A stretch of 26,469 nucleotides of DNA, from positions 1 through 26,469 of the IMG/VR virus record IMGVR_UViG_3300050162_000108. One strand, given 5' to 3'. The notes under the pieces were generated by a model. It had not been told where the DNA came from and searched no databases. It saw only the letters and a list, made by a program, of their open reading frames with translations. This document shows positions 16,777-24,093 of the stretch, piece after piece (within the stretch, counting starts at the first letter, position 1; each line of letters begins with the position of its first letter). Made by a program: the position numbers and the translations under genes. This DNA comes from a virus. Lineage: Duplodnaviria; Caudoviricetes.

Positions 16777-16951
16777 TAATTGCCTCTGCGATCAGATCCA
16801 CACCATCAACAATCTGTAGGCCGTTGTAGTCATCCCACGTGATCAGATCGCGGTTGCGCATGCTATCGAAAATCTGTTCCGCATTATCACGCGAGCATTC
16901 CGACCCAAGCTGTTCGATGATCTGGTCAATGATGTTATTTCGAGTGTTCAT
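16766..16951 (-). CDS. acrIE5: Anti-CRISPR AcrIE5-like protein (61 aa)
   Basis: MNTRNNIIDQIIEQLGSECSRDNAEQIFDSMRNRDLITWDDYNGLQIVDGVDLIAEAINAV fits the AcrIE5 pattern as I recall it (RN.II.QII...G...RD.AE.I....R..D.I..DD...GL.I...VDL.A.A). SD GAGGAG. 12 D/E versus 4 R. Confidence 0.72.
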   Translation of the reverse strand: MNTRNNIIDQIIEQLGSECSRDNAEQIFDSMRNRDLITWDDYNGLQIVDGVDLIAEAINAV

Positions 16952-16986
16952 TTGCCCTACTCCTCAGTTGCGTTGTCTATGGTTCA

Positions 16987-17032
16987 ACTATAGCCGACTT
17001 TATCCGGGCGGTCAAATAATATTACATTTTAG
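16987..17032 (-). promoter_or_regulatory. Strong sigma70 promoter of the acrIE5-like gene
   Basis: CTAAAATGTAATATTAT-TTGACC-N17-TATAGT. Confidence 0.85.
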
Positions 17033-17036
17033 TGCG

Positions 17037-17063
17037 AAAAAGAGACGGTCCGAAGACCGCCCC
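17037..17063 (-). terminator. Rho-independent terminator after the primase gene
   Basis: GGGGCGGTC-TTCG-GACCGTCTC-TTTTT (cUUCGg loop). It insulates the acr promoter. Confidence 0.85.
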
Positions 17064-17118
17064 TGCACCCGCCCGCCCAAGGAGATATTAGTGCAATTGG
17101 ACAGTAGCACGCTAGGCA

Positions 17119-19428
17119 CTACGCGTCAAGCTCCATTTGTGCCGCGGTATAGATCCGCGCTATTTCAACCGGTGCGGCTGCCAGCGCGGCGACTGAGCCT
17201 GAGCGAACATACAGACGGGGCTTAACCGAGTCCGGCAGTACAACATTGTTAGTACGCCCCCCTGGTAGTGACGGGTGCGGCACATAGCCCAGGCTTGCCA
17301 TTAGGTCCTTACGTTTAGTCAGTGCAATCTCGTGACGGCGGTCTTTAAGCAACACGTCCAGGAAATGCGACGATACAAAATCGCCTTTGAAGCCCACGCG
17401 GCCCTCGTCGATCGCCTCAGCAACCGCCTGCTCTACCGGCCCCAGGCTGCGACTAATGGCCTCGGCGGTAGACGTGGTTACCGGTGCGCGGACGCATACG
17501 GTGGCTGGATTTAGCTCGTTCGGGATGGCGTAGGTGCGCAGATAATGGGTGACCGCACCGAAGCCACCTTGATGCTTGAGCCAGTCATATAGGGCCGGGA
17601 AATAATCGCCGCCCATTCCGTCGCGTTCAATGTGCTCCGGGCACTGCTGCGCGGTATAGAACGGCGCGATACGGCGGTCGTCGGCGGTCTTTGGTACGCC
17701 ATCCTTCGGATTGCAATTGAACAGAAAATTGCAGCACACCGCGCGACTCTCGGCATCCACACCCTTACGCTCAATTGGCGCAACTTCCCCGGTGATCACG
17801 GGTTTCAGTTCTTCCAGCAAATCCCGCCGAACCATAATGTCTTCGATATAGACAAATATCTTGCCATCCATCCAACTGTTGAACTCTTTCTCCAGTTGTT
17901 TCTTAGTTGGACTGCTGGTGTACTTGTGGCCCACCGCCTCACGCAGCACCATGCTGAACAGGGTCTTGCCGTTGCCGGGCGCGCCCTGCATCAGCGGTGC
18001 CCATGAGAATTTGCGGCCCGGGTACTGCACGACGGCGGCCATCCATGCGAGGAATTTGGCGCGATCGTCGCCCTCCGGCAGCAGCTTGGCAAGATGCGTT
18101 AGAAATGGCGCCACATCGCCCGGTGTCGCGTCTACTTGCGCGGGAAGGTAGGTGTTGACGTATGCATCGCCCTGGATATTAACCAGTGCGCCGTGCGGCA
18201 AATCTGGTCTAAAGCACGTGCCTTTAGCATGGGGGGGCCTGCTGGTGGCGCATTGGGTAAAGGCTTTCCATGCGTCGCCCTCGAATTTCTCGCCCATGTC
18301 ATCCAGTGCGTACTTGATCCCGCCGAAGAGCACGCGGAACGCATCGGGGCTAAGCAGCTCGGTATGGTGTGGTACAAATACGCGATTTACCGTTTGCACA
18401 TAAACGCAGCCGCCGAATATGACCGGGTATTCCGCCAGCCGGACAAACGTAGCGGCCTCCCGGGCAACAGGCACAGGCATAACGTGGTCGGCAATCATGG
18501 GGGCGGTCTGCATCACTTCGGCCACGGGGGCGGCTTTATCTCGACATACGTCCCGGCAGTCAGCAACAGCGGACAGGATAGTGCGTTCCAGATAGTCCTC
18601 TCTGTCCCACTTCTCACGCACCAGTGACGATTGCTTCATGATCGACAGCATCCGTTCGCAGTTGCAGCCCGTCCAGAACGCCAGGTGCTGAGCTAATGCC
18701 CGGTCGGCTTCGGACTGGCCCCACGGTGCGTCTGTCGTCGTTGGATAAGACGCCGCGAGCACGTCTGCATTCGCGCACCATAGATCATCAAACGCCGCTT
18801 TGCCACCGAAGATCGCACCGGCGCTCCGACTCTCACGCGCACGGCGGATCAGTTCAGCGTCATCCACGCTTCCGCGCCAGTCTGCACGCGGGGAGTCGGT
18901 CCATTCCGCAGTACCCCCAGCCACGCTGGGGCTCGGCGGGAACCAATCGGGCACGACGGCAGCCAGGTGTGCGGTAAAATCTTGCCACGCATTACCCGTG
19001 GCACTCGCTGGGTCACCCAAGCAGATGAAGCGCTCTTTGTGATACAGCTCAATGCCGTGGGCGGTATTCTTGCACTTGTGGGCCGGCGGCATACCGCAGC
19101 CCCAAATATGTAAGCCGTTGCGCGATTGCGACACTTCAACGGCGGCACCGGGGAACGCGGCAACAAGCGGATGTTCTAGCGTACCGTCAATGTCTAGACA
19201 CCAGAACGGATCAGCCTCAGTCAGCACAAAGCCGACCGGTAGCCCGGTAGCGGCGGCGGTGTCATAGTCGGACCACGATGCCGGGTCGGTACTGCTGGCC
19301 GCCCCTAGCGTGTTTGGGTTGATCGGGATCTTATTGGTTTTACCGGGGCGGGCCGCATCGGGCACCAGTCGCACGGCTACAAATTGATGGAATTGGGCTA
19401 ATTGGGCGAGCGGGGCGGGCAAGGGCAT
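17119..19428 (-). CDS. Primase-polymerase/helicase (AEP prim-pol, helical bundle and SF3 DUF5906-like helicase; NrS-1-like)
   Basis: ASSTDPASW, LDID, EVSQSRNGLHIW, IELY...RF; SEADRALAQHLAFWTG..ERM; Walker A GAPGNGKT, YIED, DRR. Confidence 0.9.
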   Translation of the reverse strand: MPLPAPLAQLAQFHQFVAVRLVPDAARPGKTNKIPINPNTLGAASSTDPASWSDYDTAAATGLPVGFVLTEADPFWCLDIDGTLEHPLVAAFPGAAVEVSQSRNGLHIWGCGMPPAHKCKNTAHGIELYHKERFICLGDPASATGNAWQDFTAHLAAVVPDWFPPSPSVAGGTAEWTDSPRADWRGSVDDAELIRRARESRSAGAIFGGKAAFDDLWCANADVLAASYPTTTDAPWGQSEADRALAQHLAFWTGCNCERMLSIMKQSSLVREKWDREDYLERTILSAVADCRDVCRDKAAPVAEVMQTAPMIADHVMPVPVAREAATFVRLAEYPVIFGGCVYVQTVNRVFVPHHTELLSPDAFRVLFGGIKYALDDMGEKFEGDAWKAFTQCATSRPPHAKGTCFRPDLPHGALVNIQGDAYVNTYLPAQVDATPGDVAPFLTHLAKLLPEGDDRAKFLAWMAAVVQYPGRKFSWAPLMQGAPGNGKTLFSMVLREAVGHKYTSSPTKKQLEKEFNSWMDGKIFVYIEDIMVRRDLLEELKPVITGEVAPIERKGVDAESRAVCCNFLFNCNPKDGVPKTADDRRIAPFYTAQQCPEHIERDGMGGDYFPALYDWLKHQGGFGAVTHYLRTYAIPNELNPATVCVRAPVTTSTAEAISRSLGPVEQAVAEAIDEGRVGFKGDFVSSHFLDVLLKDRRHEIALTKRKDLMASLGYVPHPSLPGGRTNNVVLPDSVKPRLYVRSGSVAALAAAPVEIARIYTAAQMELDA

Positions 19429-19436
19429 AGCACATC

Positions 19437-20003
19437 CTAAATCAAGTATTCAGCGGCGGCGCGCCGCAGTGACTCGGGGGCGGACTTGGCAACGTGATTA
19501 CCAATCTGCAATCCCCGGGCGATCATCTTAGCATCTTCCTGGCTGATCGCCCACGTCATGAGTTTGTCGGGCATATTGCGTAGACCGTCAAAAGCGTTAC
19601 TCACGCTGGCCGGGCACACGCCGGACGCCTCTGCAATTTCAGCACGGGAAACACCGACAAACCCCCGGTCTACAATGAGCCGGGCTGCCGCACCATACAC
19701 GCGGTTCAACTCGTAGCTATTGCACAGCTCAGGGTGACGGTCCCGCGCAATCTTAGCCTCGGCTGGGGTCAAGGTGCAGCCAAACTGCACCATGCGCGCA
19801 ACCATTGGCCAGTCCTCTGCAGTGCGAGCGGCCCGGTACGCTACCTCGCGGTAGGCACGCAGCCCCTTGGCACCTTCCACCTTGACCATACGCGTGATGT
19901 GCGTGGTGCTCACGCCCAGGCGACGCGCCAGGCTTTTACGATCCACGGCGGGTATGCCCCGCTCCACCGCCAGATCACGGAAAGCAGTTGCAAGATTCGA
20001 CAT
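19437..20003 (-). CDS. Tandem TetR-like HTH regulator
   Basis: Two TetR-type N-terminal units (LAVERG...VDRKSLARRLGVS; LIVDRGF.GVSRAEIAEASGV..ASV..AF). Confidence 0.7.
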   Translation of the reverse strand: MSNLATAFRDLAVERGIPAVDRKSLARRLGVSTTHITRMVKVEGAKGLRAYREVAYRAARTAEDWPMVARMVQFGCTLTPAEAKIARDRHPELCNSYELNRVYGAAARLIVDRGFVGVSRAEIAEASGVCPASVSNAFDGLRNMPDKLMTWAISQEDAKMIARGLQIGNHVAKSAPESLRRAAAEYLI

Positions 20004-20031
20004 ATTGGTACTCCATTGAATTGACTCCCAT

Positions 20032-20060
20032 AGGGTAACGCATTGTTACGGGTTGGTCAA
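20032..20060 (-). promoter_or_regulatory. Sigma70-like promoter with inverted repeat
   Basis: TTGACC-N17-TACCCT, with GTAAC-N5-GTTAC (20035-20049) overlapping the spacer and -10. Confidence 0.6.
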
Positions 20061-20061
20061 A

Positions 20062-20538
20062 TTACAGCGACCCCGTCCCAGTGACCATAGCGGCGTCACC
20101 ACCGCGAGCATTGACCATTGCACACCAGCGCATTTGTGCCTCCTCGCGCCCCTTGCCGGTATAGCGCCACCCGGCCCGCTTGACCTCGCGGGACACAAAT
20201 TGCCCCAGGACCATGCCGACATGCTCGGGCAAGATAGTCACGGGTCTGATCCCGATCCAGTCGCCCGACTTGTAGGCTTTATTCATTTGGGGCGAGTCGT
20301 TAGCAAGGCCGTAACGGATCAAGCGGCCTTCGACATCAGTGAGCGCCCCGACATTATTGCGGAATAGCAACACACCTTTGCTTGATGCTTCTTGGCGTAC
20401 TTGGCTGGTTACCCCCGCCTCACTTAACTTCTCGTCTGTTGGCGCACCCAGCATTACCGGCGCAAGTCGGTGCATCAGGTCTTGCAATGCGGCTGGTGGA
20501 ATGCCCCAGGCTTGCGCCCAATCGTGTAGGGGGTTCAT
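20062..20538 (-). CDS. VRR-NUC family nuclease
   Basis: True start probably ATG 20538 (ATGA overlap). SEAGV, LFRNNVG, SGDWIG, SREVKR, Q.RW...V.ARGG.A. Confidence 0.85.
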   Translation of the reverse strand: MNPLHDWAQAWGIPPAALQDLMHRLAPVMLGAPTDEKLSEAGVTSQVRQEASSKGVLLFRNNVGALTDVEGRLIRYGLANDSPQMNKAYKSGDWIGIRPVTILPEHVGMVLGQFVSREVKRAGWRYTGKGREEAQMRWCAMVNARGGDAAMVTGTGSL

Positions 20539-20900
20539 TTGCACAACTCCCGGTAACGTTGCTCGGCTTCTAGGGCCAACCGACGAAGCAGCGTAGGGTT
20601 CCCCCCTGCCCGCTCGTACGCTGCTAATTGATTTTGCCATTCGCGGAACGCGACTAATTGCCGCCAAAACCGAACCGGGGACCACGTAAAGCGCGGTCCA
20701 ACCGGAGGGTAGGCAAACAACAAACCGTCTGGACCGCACGGGCCTGATTCTGATCGAGACTCTCGGCAACTGATAACTCCGGCCATCCCCTGAACCGGGC
20801 CGGATACCAGGTCAATGCGCTCAGTCTGCCGAGCCGCCCCAAAGCACAACTGATGGTTTTTCGGCCCAACACAGTGCTTACAATCTTTGCAGTAGTTCAT
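20535..20900 (-). CDS. Hypothetical Cys-rich protein
   Basis: SD AAGGAGG. CKDCKHC...C...C...CGPDG.LF. Confidence 0.75.
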   Translation of the reverse strand: MNYCKDCKHCVGPKNHQLCFGAARQTERIDLVSGPVQGMAGVISCRESRSESGPCGPDGLLFAYPPVGPRFTWSPVRFWRQLVAFREWQNQLAAYERAGGNPTLLRRLALEAEQRYRELCK

Positions 20901-20924
20901 GTCGTAGTACCTCCTTGAGTCCTC

Positions 20925-20953
20925 AATGTAACCTAATTTAGCGGGCAGGTCAA
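20925..20953 (-). promoter_or_regulatory. Sigma70-like promoter
   Basis: TTGACC-N17-TACATT. Confidence 0.65.
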
Positions 20954-23701
20954 GACCCCATTTGCATCTAATACCGATTGTACCTTAGCGCTCAGTGCGT
21001 CGGCCTCGGGTCGCCCCAGCGTGCGGGCGGTTGCCACATCAACACCGAAGCCAAAATAGAACCGCTTGTAGGCTTCCCGGTCGTCTCGGCCCTGGGCATT
21101 CTGCCAGCCCGCCCATAGTGCGATCATGTCGCCCAGGACCTCCTGGGCCTCTTTGCGGTCGTTATGGCGATTAGCAATAGCACGCGCTACGATATGATCA
21201 GCACCATGCGGGATGAGCGGCGCGGCCATGATGCGGTCGGCCTCCCCGCGTAGCCGCGCCAACGTTGCCGGGTCGAGTTCAAACAAATCCCCGTCCACTT
21301 CCTCGGGGCGACCGCGCCCGGCAGGCACTGGGACATAGCCACACGCCGGGCAACATGGCTCTGTGCGCGGGTAGACAAACAGGCAACCCGCTTCTATCTC
21401 GGGGTTCAGGCAAGTCCGCAAGGGCTCGGCATCGTTGGCGGCGTTGCGGGTACCGCGCTTGCGAGCATCAAGCGACCATTGCCGGGGCGCATCAGGTAAC
21501 CCGTGACGGTCTACGCAATTCCCAACATGGTCGATGATGTACGCCACTGGCTTTTCGCTAGCGGCAATGTGCGCCAGCCGTTCGGCCCGACTCATCTCGC
21601 CCCAGCGGCCCATTAGCTCCGGTGCGATCATGAGTCGGAGTGCGCGACCAAACTGTTGCACAAAAAGACCGAAAGACATGGTAGGTCGCGCAAAGCTCAC
21701 GACCTCGCAGGCCGGAACGTCCACGCCTTCGCCCAGGATGTCCACATTGACCAGTTGCAGTAGCTTGCCTGTCTCGAATTGGCGCATGGTCGTGGCGCGA
21801 TATTCGGTCGTCGATTCGCTAGAAAGTACCGCCGCCGCCACACCGTGTGCGTTGTACGCCGTTGCGATCTCCCGGGCATGATCCAGGTCCACGGCAAACG
21901 TGATACCGCGCTTGCCGGGCGCAATCCGGAGGTATGAGCCGACCACATCACCCACAATGCTAGACTTGTGCATTGCCTCGGATAGCGGCTTAGGCGAGAA
22001 GTCCCCGCCTGCGCTGGTAGCGACTTTGGACAGATCGAGATTACCAGTCGGCGGAGCAAAGATTCGGTAGTCGGTCAACATACCATCGTTGATCATGTCG
22101 CGCATACTCGGCCCAACAATCAATTCGTCAAATAGTCCATGCGAGTCAACACCCAGCCCTTTACCGTCTGCGCGCACGGGTGTTGCTGTTGCTCCCAGGA
22201 TGCGGCAATTGTCCGGCAACATCACAATGGCGCGACCCCATTTGTTGTCTGCCAAGAGATGATGACAATTGTGAACTACGACGCCGTTTGCAACATAGGT
22301 GTGGAATTCATCGACTTCAATATTGTAGACAAAACCATCATTGGTTGATCCAAGATCGTCCGATTCTTGAAACGAAACACTGTCCAGCCTATGCCAGTGA
22401 GAAATTGATCTTTCTTGGTATCTTGGGCTTGGCGGATTTTTGCACCGTGGCTCGGGCCGTCCGCTTCCACTGCGATTTTCAGTAGTACGTTTCCGCAGTC
22501 TATTTTGTAATGCGTCGGATAAAAGGAATTGTAGCCAGTCGGCACAATGGTCTGCAGACAAAATCCGTGCTGCCCCAATATTTCCAGCAACTTCAATTCT
22601 GCTTTCGTTGGTGGTTTCCCGTTGCCTCCCCTTTGTTTCGGCCGATGATGTACCGCTTGCAACGATTCCGACACTTTCCGTCGCACATCCTCCCGATGCA
22701 TCGGATTGCGCTCGGTCATGCGCTCTGATGCGTACTTGTGATTTGTTCGGGCCATCGTTTCCGAACTGATCCGGGATTTGTGTTTGGATGAGCAGTCTAG
22801 CGTGCAGTACGTCGGGTACCCTTTCTTCCAATTCGTCGCCCGATGTCCGGTCGCTTGAAATTGTCGGCCGCATTCTTTGCATGTCGCCAGGATTGATTGC
22901 TTCGGGGGCCACGTTCTCCGTGCATCTCGGTGGGCATACCCGCATTTCGGCGTGCAATACACCCTGCCCGTCTTCTTGAGCCGATAGCGCTGTGTCTCGG
23001 TCGAGTTCAGTATTTCTTTCCCGCATTGCGTGCAGTTCATGCAGCAGCACCTCATCGTCGGTTGTCAGTTTGGCGGCCTCCACCCATCCGCGTCGGGTGT
23101 AAAAAGGGTGCCCACTTGTGCAGTTTAGCACATGGTGCGCCACACACACACGAACCATTTGGGCGGGAATCGGATTCTTGAACAGGCGACGCACCTCACG
23201 CAAATGAAACGTGCCTTCCTCCTCATCGAATGCAGTAACCATGTCACCCACACGTAATGACTCGATCGCTTTCCCGTCGATTAATGTCCCTGCTGGAAAA
23301 CACTCATCGACAACGGCCATCCCCACGCTACGCAAGAACGCATCTGACTTATCGCGCCTGATTAAGGTATCCACCCCAGCCGCCGCGACAGATGCGTTCT
23401 GATCAACCCACCGTCGCCCCAGGTGCCGCATGTGCAGCGCCTCGATGCTGCGACGGGTAGCATCAGGGGCAATGATTCGATGCCGCACGCCATAGCGCCC
23501 CAACGTGAGCGACATTTGGCCGACTAGCTCCTGACGATGAGCCATGACAATGCTCGGACGGGGATAGTCGCTCACGATGTTGGCAAAGGTCGCCGTCTTG
23601 CCCGAGCCGGTTGGCAGCACAATGCACGGTGCTTTACGGCCAGCGGCCCAAGCTGCATGGACCCGCTCGCGTATCTCTTGCTGGTATGGGCGTAGCTTCA
23701 C
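20933..23701 (-). CDS. SF2 DExH-box helicase (YejH/RadD-like) precursor containing an intein
   Basis: Q motif LRPYQ, Walker A LPTGSGKT, HRQEL, DE|CHH split by the intein, ATATP.R.DG, EGVDVP, QQFGRALR, C-terminal Cys cluster. Predicted spliced length 577 aa. Confidence 0.93.
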   Translation of the reverse strand: MKLRPYQQEIRERVHAAWAAGRKAPCIVLPTGSGKTATFANIVSDYPRPSIVMAHRQELVGQMSLTLGRYGVRHRIIAPDATRRSIEALHMRHLGRRWVDQNASVAAAGVDTLIRRDKSDAFLRSVGMAVVDECFPAGTLIDGKAIESLRVGDMVTAFDEEEGTFHLREVRRLFKNPIPAQMVRVCVAHHVLNCTSGHPFYTRRGWVEAAKLTTDDEVLLHELHAMRERNTELDRDTALSAQEDGQGVLHAEMRVCPPRCTENVAPEAINPGDMQRMRPTISSDRTSGDELEERVPDVLHARLLIQTQIPDQFGNDGPNKSQVRIRAHDRAQSDASGGCATESVGIVASGTSSAETKGRQRETTNESRIEVAGNIGAARILSADHCADWLQFLLSDALQNRLRKRTTENRSGSGRPEPRCKNPPSPRYQERSISHWHRLDSVSFQESDDLGSTNDGFVYNIEVDEFHTYVANGVVVHNCHHLLADNKWGRAIVMLPDNCRILGATATPVRADGKGLGVDSHGLFDELIVGPSMRDMINDGMLTDYRIFAPPTGNLDLSKVATSAGGDFSPKPLSEAMHKSSIVGDVVGSYLRIAPGKRGITFAVDLDHAREIATAYNAHGVAAAVLSSESTTEYRATTMRQFETGKLLQLVNVDILGEGVDVPACEVVSFARPTMSFGLFVQQFGRALRLMIAPELMGRWGEMSRAERLAHIAASEKPVAYIIDHVGNCVDRHGLPDAPRQWSLDARKRGTRNAANDAEPLRTCLNPEIEAGCLFVYPRTEPCCPACGYVPVPAGRGRPEEVDGDLFELDPATLARLRGEADRIMAAPLIPHGADHIVARAIANRHNDRKEAQEVLGDMIALWAGWQNAQGRDDREAYKRFYFGFGVDVATARTLGRPEADALSAKVQSVLDANGVLTCPLN
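22268..23302 (-). mobile_element. Intein (345 aa, residues 134-478 of the helicase precursor)
   Basis: Block A CFPAGTLI, block B CTSGHPF, block F VYNIEVDEFHTYVANG, block G VVVHN followed by +1 Cys. Excision restores VVDECHH. Confidence 0.95.
22276..23040 (-). CDS. Nested out-of-frame putative homing endonuclease (Zn ribbons, NUMOD3-like helix, DUF559/Vsr-like nuclease), 254 aa
   Basis: +1 frame relative to the intein, with GAGGTG 7 nt before ATG 23040. CTQCG..YCTPKC and CKECG..YCTLDC, NPM....VRRKVSESL, PTKAE, YKID, IAVEADGPSH, D.KKD.FL...GWTVFRF.N. Confidence 0.85.
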   Translation of the reverse strand: MNCTQCGKEILNSTETQRYRLKKTGRVYCTPKCGYAHRDARRTWPPKQSILATCKECGRQFQATGHRATNWKKGYPTYCTLDCSSKHKSRISSETMARTNHKYASERMTERNPMHREDVRRKVSESLQAVHHRPKQRGGNGKPPTKAELKLLEILGQHGFCLQTIVPTGYNSFYPTHYKIDCGNVLLKIAVEADGPSHGAKIRQAQDTKKDQFLTGIGWTVFRFKNRTILDQPMMVLSTILKSMNSTPMLQTAS

Positions 23702-24012
23702 TGTGCAGCCTCCAGCGTAGCAATCGCCGAATCCAGTTTTTCATTATGATACTCGGCCATTCCGCGCCACTCCCCCGCAATATCACGCAGCATCGCAGAT
23801 AGGGCTGCACCTCGCTCCCCCAGACGATTTGCCTCATCGATTGCGGATTGCAAAAAGTCCTCATCAAAAGGAATACGCGATTCTTGAATCTCACCTACCA
23901 ATTCGGACAGGTTCGGCACTTTTTGCAATCGTTCGATTACTTGCTCCGAACGCTCATCATCTAGTGCGCCGCGGAGACTTACAAATTCAGCGTCGGTAAG
24001 GTTGCTAATCAT
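23698..24012 (-). CDS. Hypothetical helical protein
   Basis: 104 aa, GTGA-coupled to the helicase. N-terminus SNLTDAEF. Confidence 0.7.
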   Translation of the reverse strand: MISNLTDAEFVSLRGALDDERSEQVIERLQKVPNLSELVGEIQESRIPFDEDFLQSAIDEANRLGERGAALSAMLRDIAGEWRGMAEYHNEKLDSAIATLEAAQ

Positions 24013-24033
24013 TATCGTGTTCCATATTCAGTG

Positions 24034-24076
24034 TTGACATGCCAGTTACTATACGTTACATTGGAATCTCAATCAA
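24034..24076. promoter_or_regulatory. Overlapping divergent promoters
   Basis: Rightward TTGACA(24034)-N17-TACATT(24057). Leftward TTGATT(24076)-N17-TATAGT(24053). Confidence 0.65.
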
Positions 24077-24093
24077 CCCAAGGATGCAAACAA

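Noticed and set aside
17064-17121. Possible small RNA between the primase stop and its terminator (TAGTGC...GCACTA inverted repeat)
   Set aside because: The pairing is short and there is no separate promoter. It is explained as a 3' UTR.
20538-20769. N-terminal extension of the VRR-NUC ORF, and similar over-long starts at 4169, 5660, 9525, 9710, 15569, 16300 and 24031
   Set aside because: The extensions overlap upstream genes or promoters. Downstream starts have SDs or stop-start coupling.
22276-23055. Sequencing frameshift or group I intron as the explanation for the nested nuclease
   Set aside because: The helicase/intein frame is open end to end with both splice junctions in frame, so neither an error nor RNA splicing is needed. 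Ribosomal frameshifting into the +1 frame cannot be excluded, but the SD and ATG favour independent initiation.
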